A DNA stretch of 64,000 bases, taken from NCBI GenBank assembly GCA_965235115.1, contig OZ249439.1:18600001-18664000 (forward strand), given 5' to 3'. Source of the stretch: Laetmonice hystrix. Its lineage: Eukaryota. Position numbers and translations under genes: made by a program. Below, in pieces: positions 22,734-34,500 of this stretch; within the stretch, counting starts at the first letter, position 1, and each line of letters begins with the position of its first letter. The notes under the pieces are model-generated. The model was not told where the DNA came from. It worked only from the letters and a program-made list of their open reading frames with translations, and made no database searches.

Positions 22734-25700
22734 GCCCGTACCATTCATACAACAGCTGTACCCTGGTGCTGGGCTATCAGCTCCCGGCAGTCGTAACCGT
22801 GTAAGTTGAGTAGAAAGCGGTTGTAACCTGGGAATGGTACATTCACGTTAGGTTTCATGGTGACTGGAGAAGGGCTGGTGCTCGCGGCCATGTGGTAGGG
22901 CAGCCATCGTAACTCACAATGTGAAATATATTAACCCGCCACATTACACAGCTCAACTCAGCCAAGGCCCCTACCACCACTTCAAACGGAATTTTTCATA
23001 AGCCACAAACCTTTACGACGGATATCCTTCATCACCACCAGTTCTCTATTCTTTGTCGGTGCAGCTAATTACATATTGATGGATCATTTTGAAGTCGAAA
23101 ATCTCATTTCTTAATTGGAACCCTTTGCAACTAATGGTGATCATGGGGCTAGAATTGGTACGAGTAACGAGGCCTTACCAACCTACAATACAACCTCGGA
23201 ATACTAAAGGACCACTACAATGACTATTCCCGAAGAATGTCCTGTGTGAGAATTGTGCAGATTTTCTAATTTACATAGCGTTTTTCCAATGTTCAAGTGC
23301 AGTGTATACTGAATAGATAATGGTCTGTCACCAGATTATCAGATCGTTCTAGAGAGATGATCTTGAAATTGAAATAATCTACCAGGTAATCGGATCTTAC
23401 AATGAGCAGCTGGAATAGGGTGATGCAGCAAATTAACTGATTCACCCATAATCACATGGTAATGCAGGTCTGCACCAGGGGCTTGTTTTACCAAGGGAAC
23501 ACCGCAATAACAGTAGTTGTTTAAATACACCAAGATCCTGGGCACCTCTCTCAGTCAGAGAACCTGGTGATTATAGCCCGCCTCAGTGGACAGGTTGTCT
23601 CTGCGTGCCTGCTCCATTAAGGATACTGACCTGTAACAAATCGTGTCATTAAAATCATGCCCCACAGCCAATACAAACCTTTACCAAAAAATGCCACCCT
23701 CACAATGTGAAGTGTCCATGAACCAAGTTGGCCGAGAACTGCCCCAGGGACTGTGAAAGGAAAACAGTTAGTCATCCTGGGACCGTTGGCAGCTCGCTCT
23801 GTGTCGGCTCTATGGATACGATTTATCCCTGCATCCGTCCATAGAGATCAGTCAGCTCGGGAAACATGCTCAAACTGTGGCGTCAAATAGATCGAAGGTT
23901 GGGTCGAGATGGTAACCAGACTTCAGAATACTGAGGGATGATTGTACATCGGACCCCCAGACTCTCAGAATCTCATCTAAAAGTTTAATGTTATATTATA
24001 TGAGGCGTTTTTTAATGCACATATTTGAAAGTATTGGCATCATTGCACCACTCTTATATTGCCCCCTAGATGCAACTGACTTAGAAAATCTAAATAATTA
24101 AGAAAGTAGTTTGACGTCCGTCTCGATGGCTTTTCTTATTTAGTATACCCGTTACTTGTGTGAGATAGATTGAAGTTGCAAGTCGAGCAGCGGCAGGAGT
24201 GCCATCTATTTCCACCCGCTGTACCATCAGAGCGCCGATCATTATAGGCCCTCAGTGGTCTCCGACACCATTCATTCACAGGCCCCCTGATGTCCATAAG
24301 TCTAACAACTCGACCCGAACAGTCCCATAGCAGCAGGCAGGACAATTTCTCAGCTACTCTGTACGCTGCCCGTCATGGTCTGCTACCAAACATTATTGAG
24401 CGTCATGACAAATTTGTAAAATGGAAAATCAAATTTTAGACCAAAATGGCGTATTAAAGACGGAAGGTTGGAATCCAGATCCCATTTGCTCCATAGATTC
24501 TGGATTTATGTATGCATTTCTACTCTGAAGGTTCTTAACCCAGTTTTAGTGCCAGATTATATTAAGCCATAGTTTCCAACCGCGCCAAGCTCAGATGGCA
24601 GATATGATAGTTGAGTTTGCCATGATGTTTTTTCTTCACTCAAGAATAACTCCGTGCCTCAGCTCTCTTCACCTGAGTAAGCTCTCAACTTGTATAACGG
24701 TATTATCATCTTGGTTTGCTTATAAAGGATTCCGATACCAGTCCAGGGGGCTGTCCAGGCTAACCTCTCAGTAATCAGCTTCAGGCTGTGTAGGTTTGTA
24801 GTAACCAGACTCGGACGTGTGCCAACAATCAATGCCCATGCCCCGCAGCTATTGGATGAGTTACCTCAAATAGCCCTTCATTATGTCACAGTGTACCAAG
24901 ACAGACGAACAGACAGGTAGGGGATGTAAAACCATCACAGTCCAAGGCTCTCGATGGTTTCCTCAGGCAGTAGACGTTTGGCACTAGGTAACTGTAACAC
25001 CACGCTAGACGTCTTTTTGGATCATAACAATGGAAACTTAGGTTTCATTGTGCCCTGGAAGGTTGTGAGGTTAACAGCTACCTTGTGTTTACACCATGTT
25101 AGACGAAGTTTTAAGGATATCCCGAAGCCAGAAAATGACGAGAACCACATGTAGTTTACATTGGTGGAAACACAGACCTCCCCCATCCGTTTTAGTGGGA
25201 TAGATTTGAACCAAATACTGACATGTACATTTTTCTTTCCTGTATCGTTCTTATAGTTACAACGATAGGTAATATATATCCGAGGCATTTAGATGCCTTC
25301 AATAGAAACACTTTATATAGAAACCTCTGCAGGTGGTGGTGAGCTTTAACTGTTGAGGTGTGAGTGTGAAGTGTGTAAGCCTGCCATCAGTTAGTGACTG
25401 ACCCCCAACAGTGGGAGAGCAAGAGGAGGCGGAGATGGTAAGGGTTGGGGCGGGATATTGGTGGGGGAGGTTGTTAGGAAGTACTGCCCCCAGGCAACCA
25501 GACCTCCGCGGATGGAGTCCTCTCCTCTCCTCACCCCCCCCCCCCCCCCCCTCTCACCCACCTCACAGCTGGCTCGTGACAAACACTGACGCAGCCTGCC
25601 GCATTGCTAATAACACTAACTGGACATGCTTAAATCCGCTCCTCTTATTAAGGGAACCTGTGGTCAGAATAGCAGGGAGCCGAACTGTTTATTGATTAAG

Positions 25701-26421
25701 GATCAGCAGTAATTGGATGGGGTCAGGGGAGGACCCTGCACTGGTTGGGTATTCACAAGCTCAACGGAAGATGTTCTACTATAGCCAGTGTAGGGGACAT
25801 TTTGTGGGTTGTCATGAAGATGCGAACTGAGCAGACATGTGGGGCTGTACTTCAGTGATACGTAGAAATATGATATGTTAGATTGTGCATCTAAATTGCT
25901 GTAAGTGATAGTCGTTCCCAGCAATATGAAGATATAGAAACCAGGACATGTCATGTCCATACTGGAAGTGGAGAATTTAATCTGTTCATATTCAAGGGCC
26001 ATTTCTTGTCAGGAACACAATGACACTTTGTACATTGAATACATGACTACTACTAATAATATTAGTGTATGATTAATGTTTTGTGTCAGAAGAGATCTGG
26101 CAGTGTGTCATGTTCCCTTTGATTCCTCATCGAATAACCGACATTGAAGGTTTAGAAATGAACAGCGGGGCTGTTGATGGCTGTTAAACATACCTGTATT
26201 GAGGTTTAATCTTTTGGAAGGTTAGTACGCGTGTATACTATATCTATAAGTGTAAATCTGAGTGTAAATTGGGTTTGTATTCCAGGATTGATTCGTACCA
26301 GAGATGGCTTACAATGTCGTTTTCTCACCATCACAATGATGGGAAGTATAGAAGAGTATATATCATAGTTTAACTGTAAACGACTTGATCATAGGTAAGT
26401 GAACACTAAGGAGAACCTTAA

Positions 26422-26761
26422 AGGTGCTATTCGTGAACAAAAATTCAATTTTTTTATTTTTTATTTTGTTGACGTTTATGTGATCCCACCTATCATGGAA
26501 ATAGATTCACAACAAAGGAAATCAAAATTTTATATGGATAACGGCACAAATGGGGTTCTCTTAGAAGGCCTGTGGAGACCCTGACACGCCCCACCATAGG
26601 AAATGGCTCTATCTCGGTGCGCACCGAGATAGGTTTCAAATGCTGCACACAAACTAATAGAAGGTTTATCAGGCCAATGGTATCGGTAGGAATTTTTTCT
26701 AGTACTATGTGCACAATGTATGATAGGAAAAATGCCATTCTGTGCGAGACGAATAGCACCT
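26422..26761. mobile_element. 340-bp MITE with TTAA target-site duplication, Kolobok-type
   Basis: Perfect 13-bp TIRs AGGTGCTATTCGT (26422-26434) and ACGAATAGCACCT (26749-26761), flanked by TTAA at 26418-26421 and 26762-26765. A TTAA TSD with 5'-RR termini is the Kolobok signature; piggyBac ends usually start with CC. Confidence 0.85.
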
Positions 26762-29700
26762 TTAAGTTAAGGAATGCCAACAGCGTCGTTCGTCAGGTCC
26801 TCGGTCTGTAGTCAAGGAATCCTCTGATAAAATGGTCATGGCGAGAGCTGTCCTTTCATTTCTTGTCAAAGATCTTCAATCTGAGGATCAGACTGAGATT
26901 TGGCAGGAATTATGAGGTTTGTGTCGTCCTCAGTGTTCACAGCCGTGGGGTATGATTTAACGGACGCCGACTTAAAGATGCGTGACAAAGTATTTTATTA
27001 AAGATTCACCACTGACGAAGGACTGAAGCCGTGAAGGAACCTTTCCCATTCATAAGTGAGAGGTATTGATGATGTACATTAAACATGCAACAAGCACAGC
27101 TTAATTTGTGTCACCATACTCAATATCACGTTGAGATAAAATCTTTTGCAGCACAGTTTAAAGTATTACAGTTAAGGTGCTCGCAGTAATGAGATTTTAA
27201 AGACAATGATTTAACAACTGCAAATCATTCAGAAAATGTAGGATAGACTGCGGACTATAGGCAGTACTGTCTGCTTACAGTTGATACCAAAAATTGAAAT
27301 ATCCCTTCAAGGAAGAACATTTTTTGTAATTCAGCAGTCAGATGAGAATTGTCTCAAGAACATTCCCCAGTAAGCCTCAATTAAGTTACATATGCTTTTC
27401 AAGTGTAGCTGAGTCTAGGTTAATAATAGAGGTGATAATATATCTTTCATCCAGTTGTCATGGTAACCTGGAGAATTGTGTCAATGCATCATCATTAGCG
27501 TTTATTAATACCCTTTCTGTGGGCGAAGCAAAGTTGAGCGTTGAAGAAGAAAGTGGCATTGATGAAATTGGCAGACGCCCCTGACTGATTGTAAGTATGA
27601 CAGAAGCCATAATAGTCGTAATACTGATCGGCTTATGGAAAAAACCTCACTTCGCCTTTCTACGGACCGTTCTAAATGTAACCGTTAAATGGACCGAGTA
27701 ACGGGTAGTATAAATTTATTCAATACTCTTCTTAAATGTTCACAACTATTTGAGCCTCTTGCGCATAATGGACACCTAGGAATTTCTTGTGAACGTTATA
27801 AATCCATGGTTGCTTTATTTTTCGCAATCATGATCCATTCCCTCGAAGAAAACGAAGAGTGACCTGAACACATAGCCTTATATCACTCTGCGGGGTTGTA
27901 CAAGAATGTGAAGGTTCTAGTTTGTTAAATTGTTATACGTTCATGTTTCGACAAGAAGAACATACTTTTTTCTCTCGGAAATTGTCGTGCATTAGTGTAA
28001 CTATCATCCCAGGAACATGACCAGCTTCCCATTCGTACATGGAACAGCATGGAAATTTATTAATATCAAAATCAACTGACCCACTTTCTTGATTTCGCTA
28101 GGTGTTACTGTTTGAGCATCAAGTTATTGATGCATTAATTTTCACCAATGCCTGTAGTGTGATATTGGCCAAATGGAATACGTGCACTTTTGAAAGTGAT
28201 CTATGGTCATTAGGCAGAGAAAGAAAACAACCCATTCATATCCAGAAGATTGCCTTCAAGATTTTATTTTTTGATGACGACAATCAATTATGTTTGTGCG
28301 TCACAGTATTTTATGCATAGATGATAATGATTACAGCAGCAAAAGCAACTATTCGTGGTTTCTGTTCAGGGATAAAACAAGTAAATTACAATAATTACAT
28401 AGGTATACTGATTAAACTGATGATGACGATTCGCAGTAAGTAGTATATGTAAATGGTACTTTGAAGCGGGAAACCCTGATAGAACAATTCAGGTTTGAGT
28501 TGCAAGTTCCCGATATGGGCCTCTATAGGAGAACTGTCATAACACTCTCGACTATGTAGGAAAACTTTGATGCCCTGTCTGGTGATTTCACATAGAATCT
28601 GAATGTAAAAAATGCTTCCTTGAAGTAAAGTGTGAGACTGAAACACAAAACGTTTAATGGCGACAAGTCTGATGTGTCTGACCTCGTGTTCTAAGACAAC
28701 ACGTAAGTCTGGCTTTATTCAGCAGTCCATGGCTGTGGTAATTGCACAACAAATGGGGGGAAATATTTATGGTTGTGTGGATGCAACCGTGTACAGCCAA
28801 TTACACAGCATGCTCTGTCATCGCGGGGCCGGTGGTATGAATATTAAACCTGAACCATGGGGCGGCGAGGAATCTGTCATATCGTCACAAGGCGATGACA
28901 GATGTGGAGCGTTTAACATTCCTCACATGATGTCACATGGACTGCAGCTCAGCCTAGCGTCCAAAAACGGCAGAATACGGCTCGTAAAGCCATTCCTGAG
29001 GGAACAGAGGTAGATGGTAAAGAACAGGTTGTCGACTGATTAACTGAAAAACTCTTGTGTTTGTTGATCCAAGAAATGTAGCAATATGATCCAGGTTATT
29101 TCTGAACCCAGAAATCTATGATCGAGTGAAGGTAGTGAGTATTGTTCACAACGAGTCAAACATGTAGGCCTACTGAGATTATACGGAGCAGGTGTAAGGG
29201 GGAGTATCAGGGAAGGTGCAGACAGAAATATTGGAGGAAAAGGGGGGAAAATGTAAGAGTTGAAAAGTGTTCACGAGCACGCACTAATAAATAAAGAAGT
29301 TATTCATTACAAATCAAAAGACCCGTGTGGAGCGTACACTCATATTGAACCCAGCTTTATTTTAGAGGAGCAGTTTTTTAACGTGTCGGACCTGACAGTT
29401 TGGTTTTTCATGAGGTATCATGCAAATGAACTCAGTTGCCCATGACAACAGGCAGTGACTCGAGAAGGTTGACGGCCCAAGCGATTACAATGAGCTGTCA
29501 GTTTTAGCCGTCATTTTCTCTCTCTTTGAGAAACTGAGATCAGCCTAATTCACCTCCGGATAATCCAACATGCTTTGGCAGCTATTCAATGATTTAGACT
29601 GTGAAGTTTGAAAACGTGTCCATCCTTGAAAATGTAACTGGGAAGATTGCTTTGTATTACAAGGTCGCAAACATCGTTTTAGTATTTTGGCGCCAGTTTT

Positions 29701-30095
29701 ACTGAAGGAATAATCCAAATTAACAATCATGATAACAGCTTGAAAAAAGTACATAAATTAATGCTTTTAACCTACTTGAATAACCCTGATTTCACACATT
29801 GAAACGTCACTTTTCCTGATTGCGCTGGTGGATCAGGACTTTGTTTTCGGACATTTATCACTGGAAATGTAAGCCAATTGCTAAATCCAATCAGTGTGAT
29901 GTCGATTGAGCGACGTGTGGTACACGCTGTGATGTATTGCACTCAATGTCCACAGATAACCCGTTTTGATCGTCCTACGTTTTACCGTGCCCACACATGT
30001 AGATTAGAACAGACTGTGGGCGATTCGGGAAACTACCGGTTTGATGTATGACCGTGACTTTTAAAACGCCACTTCTGGCACGGCATGCCGAGTGA

Positions 30096-30323
30096 TTATC
30101 TAGCTGAATTAAGATCCATGTCTGGGGCTACGGAATCCATTTGGCCAGACATGTGCCGAGGTTTAAACTGCTGCTGCTGCTCCTCCTCCTGCTGCTGCTT
30201 CTGCTGCAGCAATTGCTGCAGTTGCTGCATTGACCATATAGCGCCAAGCGTCGTGATGGTATCGATGTACTTTGTGATACACCTTGCCCTCAGGCCTCGT
30301 GACAACAGACTAATGATGCAGCA
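30096..30323 (-). CDS. Candidate terminal exon with a poly-Q/E tract (CCIISLLSRGLRARCITKYIDTITTLGAIWSMQQLQQLLQQKQQQEEEQQQQFKPRHMSGQMDSVAPDMDLNSAR*)
   Basis: Acceptor gatcctctctccgcag|TGC, then a phase-0 frame of 76 codons to TAA. The interrupted CAG/GAG triplet tract at about 30168-30232 stays in frame. It could also be a non-coding triplet repeat. Confidence 0.35.
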   Translation of the reverse strand, partial: CCIISLLSRGLRARCITKYIDTITTLGAIWSMQQLQQLLQQKQQQEEEQQQQFKPRHMSGQMDSVAPDMDLNSAR

Positions 30324-30857
30324 CTGCGGAGAGAGGATCAGCCGCCACTATCTGACCTACTTACACATGGGCTTACGTCCTGGTAATCATTACAATCATT
30401 ACGCAACTTACACTGGCATGCCAGCAGCTCCGACAGAGCACCATCGACCACACATGAAAGCCAGCCCCCATATCAGACGGATTACTGTTTCTAAAACATT
30501 CACTTTGTTTTTGTCTGTTGTTAGAACAAAACAGTGAGTAGGAATGATTGGCTGTGGAGGTATTGATCAGGCGTGCTTTGTGTCGGCAAAGCTCTGTTGT
30601 TTGATCATTCAGATCAGGGTTGGGCTTTGGATCATCCGATCTGGGCGGGCCAACTGGTGTCTGAGGGTGGTGTGGACGCAGCAGTTCCCAGAAAGTGGGC
30701 CCTTTTATATCACCGAGAGAAAGGCACGCCCTGCTTATTGTCACGGCGACCTCATTATTGCCGGTATCACCCCGTCTCCTCAGTACCTATATCACCCCGC
30801 CCCTTCCCACTTCATAAAGTACCCTCCCATCTCATTCAACCTAAGATGTTCTCTCTC

Positions 30858-31570
30858 CTTCAGAGATAACACTCGTCTCTTCTCCTCACACCACGACCCT
30901 ACCTCATGTCTCCTCATACCTCAGGGACTACACACCTTTTACCTCTCTCCTTCAGCGATAACACTCGTCTCTTCTCCTCACACCACGAACCTCTCTCCTT
31001 CAGAGATAACACTCTTCTCTTCTCCTCACACCACGACCCTACCTCCTTCAGAGATAACACTCGTCTCTTCTCCTCACACCACGACCCTACCTCCTTCAGA
31101 GATAACACTCGTCTCTTCTCCTCACACCACGACCCTACCTCCTTCAGAGATAACACTCGTCTCTTCTCCTCGCACCACAAACCTACCTCCTTCATAGATA
31201 ACACTCGTCTCTTTTCCTCACACCACGACCCTACCTCCTTCAGAGATAACACTCTTCTCTTCTCCTCACACCACGACCCTACCTCCTTCAGAGATAACAC
31301 TCGTCTCTTCTCCTCACACCACGACCCTACCTCCTTCAGAGATAACACTTGTCTCTTCTCCTCACACCACGACCCTACCTCCTTCATAGATAACACTCGT
31401 CTCTTCTCCTCACACCACGACCCTACCTCCTTCAGAGATAACACTCGTCTCTTCTCCTAACACCACGACCCTACCTCCTTCAGAGATAACACTCGTCTCT
31501 TCTCCTCACACCACGACCCTACCTCATGTCTCCTCATACCTCAGGGACGACACACCTTTTCCCTCTCCAT
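30858..31570 (+). repeat. Pyrimidine-rich minisatellite, 13 copies of a 48-bp unit CTTCAGAGATAACACTCGTCTCTTCTCCTCACACCACGACCCTACCTC, plus two copies of a ~44-bp tail
   Basis: One unit at 30858-30905, a tail ATGTCTCCTCATACCTCAGGGAC... at 30906, 12 contiguous units at 30950-31525, and a second tail copy from 31526. This explains ORFs 30544..31197, 30906..31460 and 30914..31444. Confidence 0.97.
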
Positions 31571-34500
31571 CTAAGATATGACCCTTTGTCTCTTCCCCAC
31601 CCCCCTCCCCCACCCCTGAGCCAACGCAGCCTTTCTCTGCCAAGGGAAGGAAATAGGATTTTGATAGGGTTGATATAATGGTTAGCGGATGCGTCCGCTA
31701 GAGTTGGAGATAAGGATTAATGAGAAGAAAGACTGGCTGGTAGCGATAGTCGCTGTCTAATACATCTTATGATGGCGTGAATGAGGAAATAGGATTAGAT
31801 TGTGCTCAGGTGGCCCTGTCTTAGGTATTAACATCCTGACAGACTCCCTAGACTATAGACCCGAGGCTCTGTGTAAGAGCAACATTATCAAGGACTTGGA
31901 GACGGGGGAAGCATGCCATTGGGTATAGGTGTAGGAGCTAACAATCACGTTAGTGGTCCACAAGGCCGGGGAGGAAGGTCGCCGTGGAGAACACATGGGG
32001 ATGATGTAATCATAGGTTCATGTGTCCCAGCATGGACATCTCTGGTCTCTCGAATGGTATAGGAGATAAGTAACGGCTTCTCCTTCACATTTACCACACA
32101 TAAAACAGCGCAGGTGGACAAGGTCAGCTCAGTACGTGATCCTAAATCAAAGCTGTTAAAACATATCAAAGAAAAATGGCCGATGGCTATTCTGCACAAA
32201 TCTGGAAAAGCAGTAAGGAGATCTATCAAACTGAATTCTAACCTCATTCCCCATGTTGCCGTCAGTATATTCCTCATTGATGACTAAAAGCTATGGTTTC
32301 AGACTATATCCAAACCATGTAGATTAAATGAAAGTTTGTGACAGTTTGTGACATAATAATATCATTCGATAGTTACTATATACACACGGAATTGGGTGGC
32401 TGCATCAACCTGCAAAACCCTGGATAGTAATGTTCTTTTTTGTGGGGTTTTAATGGATCCATAGCGGGTGACAAAATACGCGAAGCATTTTAGTATAAAT
32501 GCGTTCGTGTTAACAAAGAATTCTGTAGATAATGGCGGAAATCTGTTCGAGTAGAAAATTAAAGCACTTGAGTGATATTTGGAAATTGATCGTTGGAGGT
32601 ACGTAAGTGAGTGTAGCAAGAATAGAGTAAGCAGTGGGTAAGTGAAGAAAACGAGTGCCACACCTCTGTGTTACTCCGAGCAGTGTGGTTACTGAAAGCA
32701 GTGGGTTATGGCCGTGGATCATGACATGTTGCATAACAAGGTGTGTTGTGGGCTGCTGATGAGTAGGTGATGTGACTTACAGCAATCAGTTCAAGGCTGA
32801 TCTTGGCACCACGGCCAAAACGTGGCAGACACTTTGTCTCTGGTCCCCTGTGTGAGTCAACACCAAGGAGCAGACTCGGGGAGGTGGACAACCCTCAAAC
32901 CCTCAACCCCACTTTTAGGTCTGTTTGCCAACATTAAGCCTCTTGGCTGGGACAGCCAGACAACCCAGGCGGTATCAAATAACATCATGGCATGCTTCTA
33001 TTAATTGGGTGTGTTTGTGCACAATAATTGCACGTTACTCATCAATTCATGCTGAAAACAATTTGCTGACTTCAGAGAGAAGGGTCTCACAGTGCCAGTC
33101 TCATTCACTACACACTTTTTGGAACAGACTAATGGGTTTTGCTTCAATTTACACCAGCTTTTCCACTCCTCCTGGATATTTTTAATTCATAGAAGTTTTC
33201 AAATTTGTTAATTTATAAAGTGTTGTGGGTATTCGGTGGCAGTGATTTTACTTTGAGCGTGGAATCAATGGCTGACATAATCTCTCCTGTAAGGGTGACT
33301 CGCCGGGGGTAGATGGTGGATGTAGAGGGAATGGCGCCGAGGGTGAAATTTCAAAACTTGCACCGTTCTACACCTTCTCCTTCTCATCAACATTGCCTTC
33401 ACATCCCGACGGCCCCCATTGTGATGGCCTTTCCGTGTGGCGCGGGTCGCGGTTGTCCTGTTTGTTGTACAGGTGTGAAGAGGTTGTTGTATGCTTAATT
33501 CAGGTGTGTCTGTTCTCGCCTGGTAAGGGCCCCCTGGGGACGCCCCATATTGGATCAGCCGTGTTCATTCACAGGCATTCACAGTCTCAGTGAAGAGATA
33601 TCACCAGCACCTCGGTTATGGAGTTCTGAAAGCTGGACAGAGTTCCTCATGCTCGGATGAATGATATCAGCTTCTCTTCGTCATCGTGTAAGTTGGTCCA
33701 GTAATCTTAAAACGTGTGTCTGATGGGAAAGGTAGTACTATGAGGCAATTATAAATTGGATATCTGTATATGCGGCATTGAAGCTGGAGCTCCGGTTTGT
33801 GGGATCGGCCTAGCCGTACGGTAAGGTCCCGATGAAGGTAGATGTATGTGTGTAGTATTGGCTGGTCCCCGTACCCCTGCTGCGTGTGATGGTAGCTGGA
33901 GTCTGTCTCCGACACGCACCCTGTCCGCCAGCTCACGTCGTCCGCTCCAACAATAGCGCCGCTCTGTCTCCAACCACAGGTGAGCACGGAGCAGTGCCAT
34001 CACTTCCAGCGGCGGCACTGGCTCCAGTGGGTGCAGGTGGCCACGGAGGGGACGCTGGGCCGGCCTGCGGGAGTCAGGCACTGTCAACACTGGCAAGACG
34101 GCGCCAGCAACTTTGGATGTTTGCGCCGGGGGACAGGTCAATATCGGCACTGTTTGGACAGTGGACATTGGTCAGTGTAGTCGGTGCGCACCTGATGGCG
34201 CCGCTGGTGTTCCCAGGTAACAAGTCTTCTCTAACCTGCGTGCACACGCTGTAGATAGTGTTATCACCCATACAGTACACTGTATACAGGTAGGCATGCA
34301 TACATCAACATACCATGCTGACATCATCTACGGCTCAAACAGCGCATTCCTGTAATCGAGATTTTCGTGCAGACCAGAAGAATTGCTGTAGCTAAAAGGT
34401 ACTTTTGTTTCTTTTTCTTTTTTTGGGTCTCTGTTTCTTTGAGGAACGATGCATCCATTGACTGTATTAAGAACCTTCGCCAACTCTTACCAACCTTCTG

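Noticed and set aside
24978-25012. miR-96/182-family seed (TTTGGCACTAG)
   Set aside because: An 11-nt match only, with no complementary star arm.
25412-27369. Plus-strand micro-exons (25412-25437 and about 27335-27369)
   Set aside because: The splice sites look good, but the exons are very short and could not be chained into a supported model.
30544-31460. Real repeat proteins from the 217-, 184- and 176-aa ORFs
   Set aside because: They are explained by a stop-free 48-bp unit that is open in several frames on both strands, and one copy introduces a stop. Kept only as a low-level finding.
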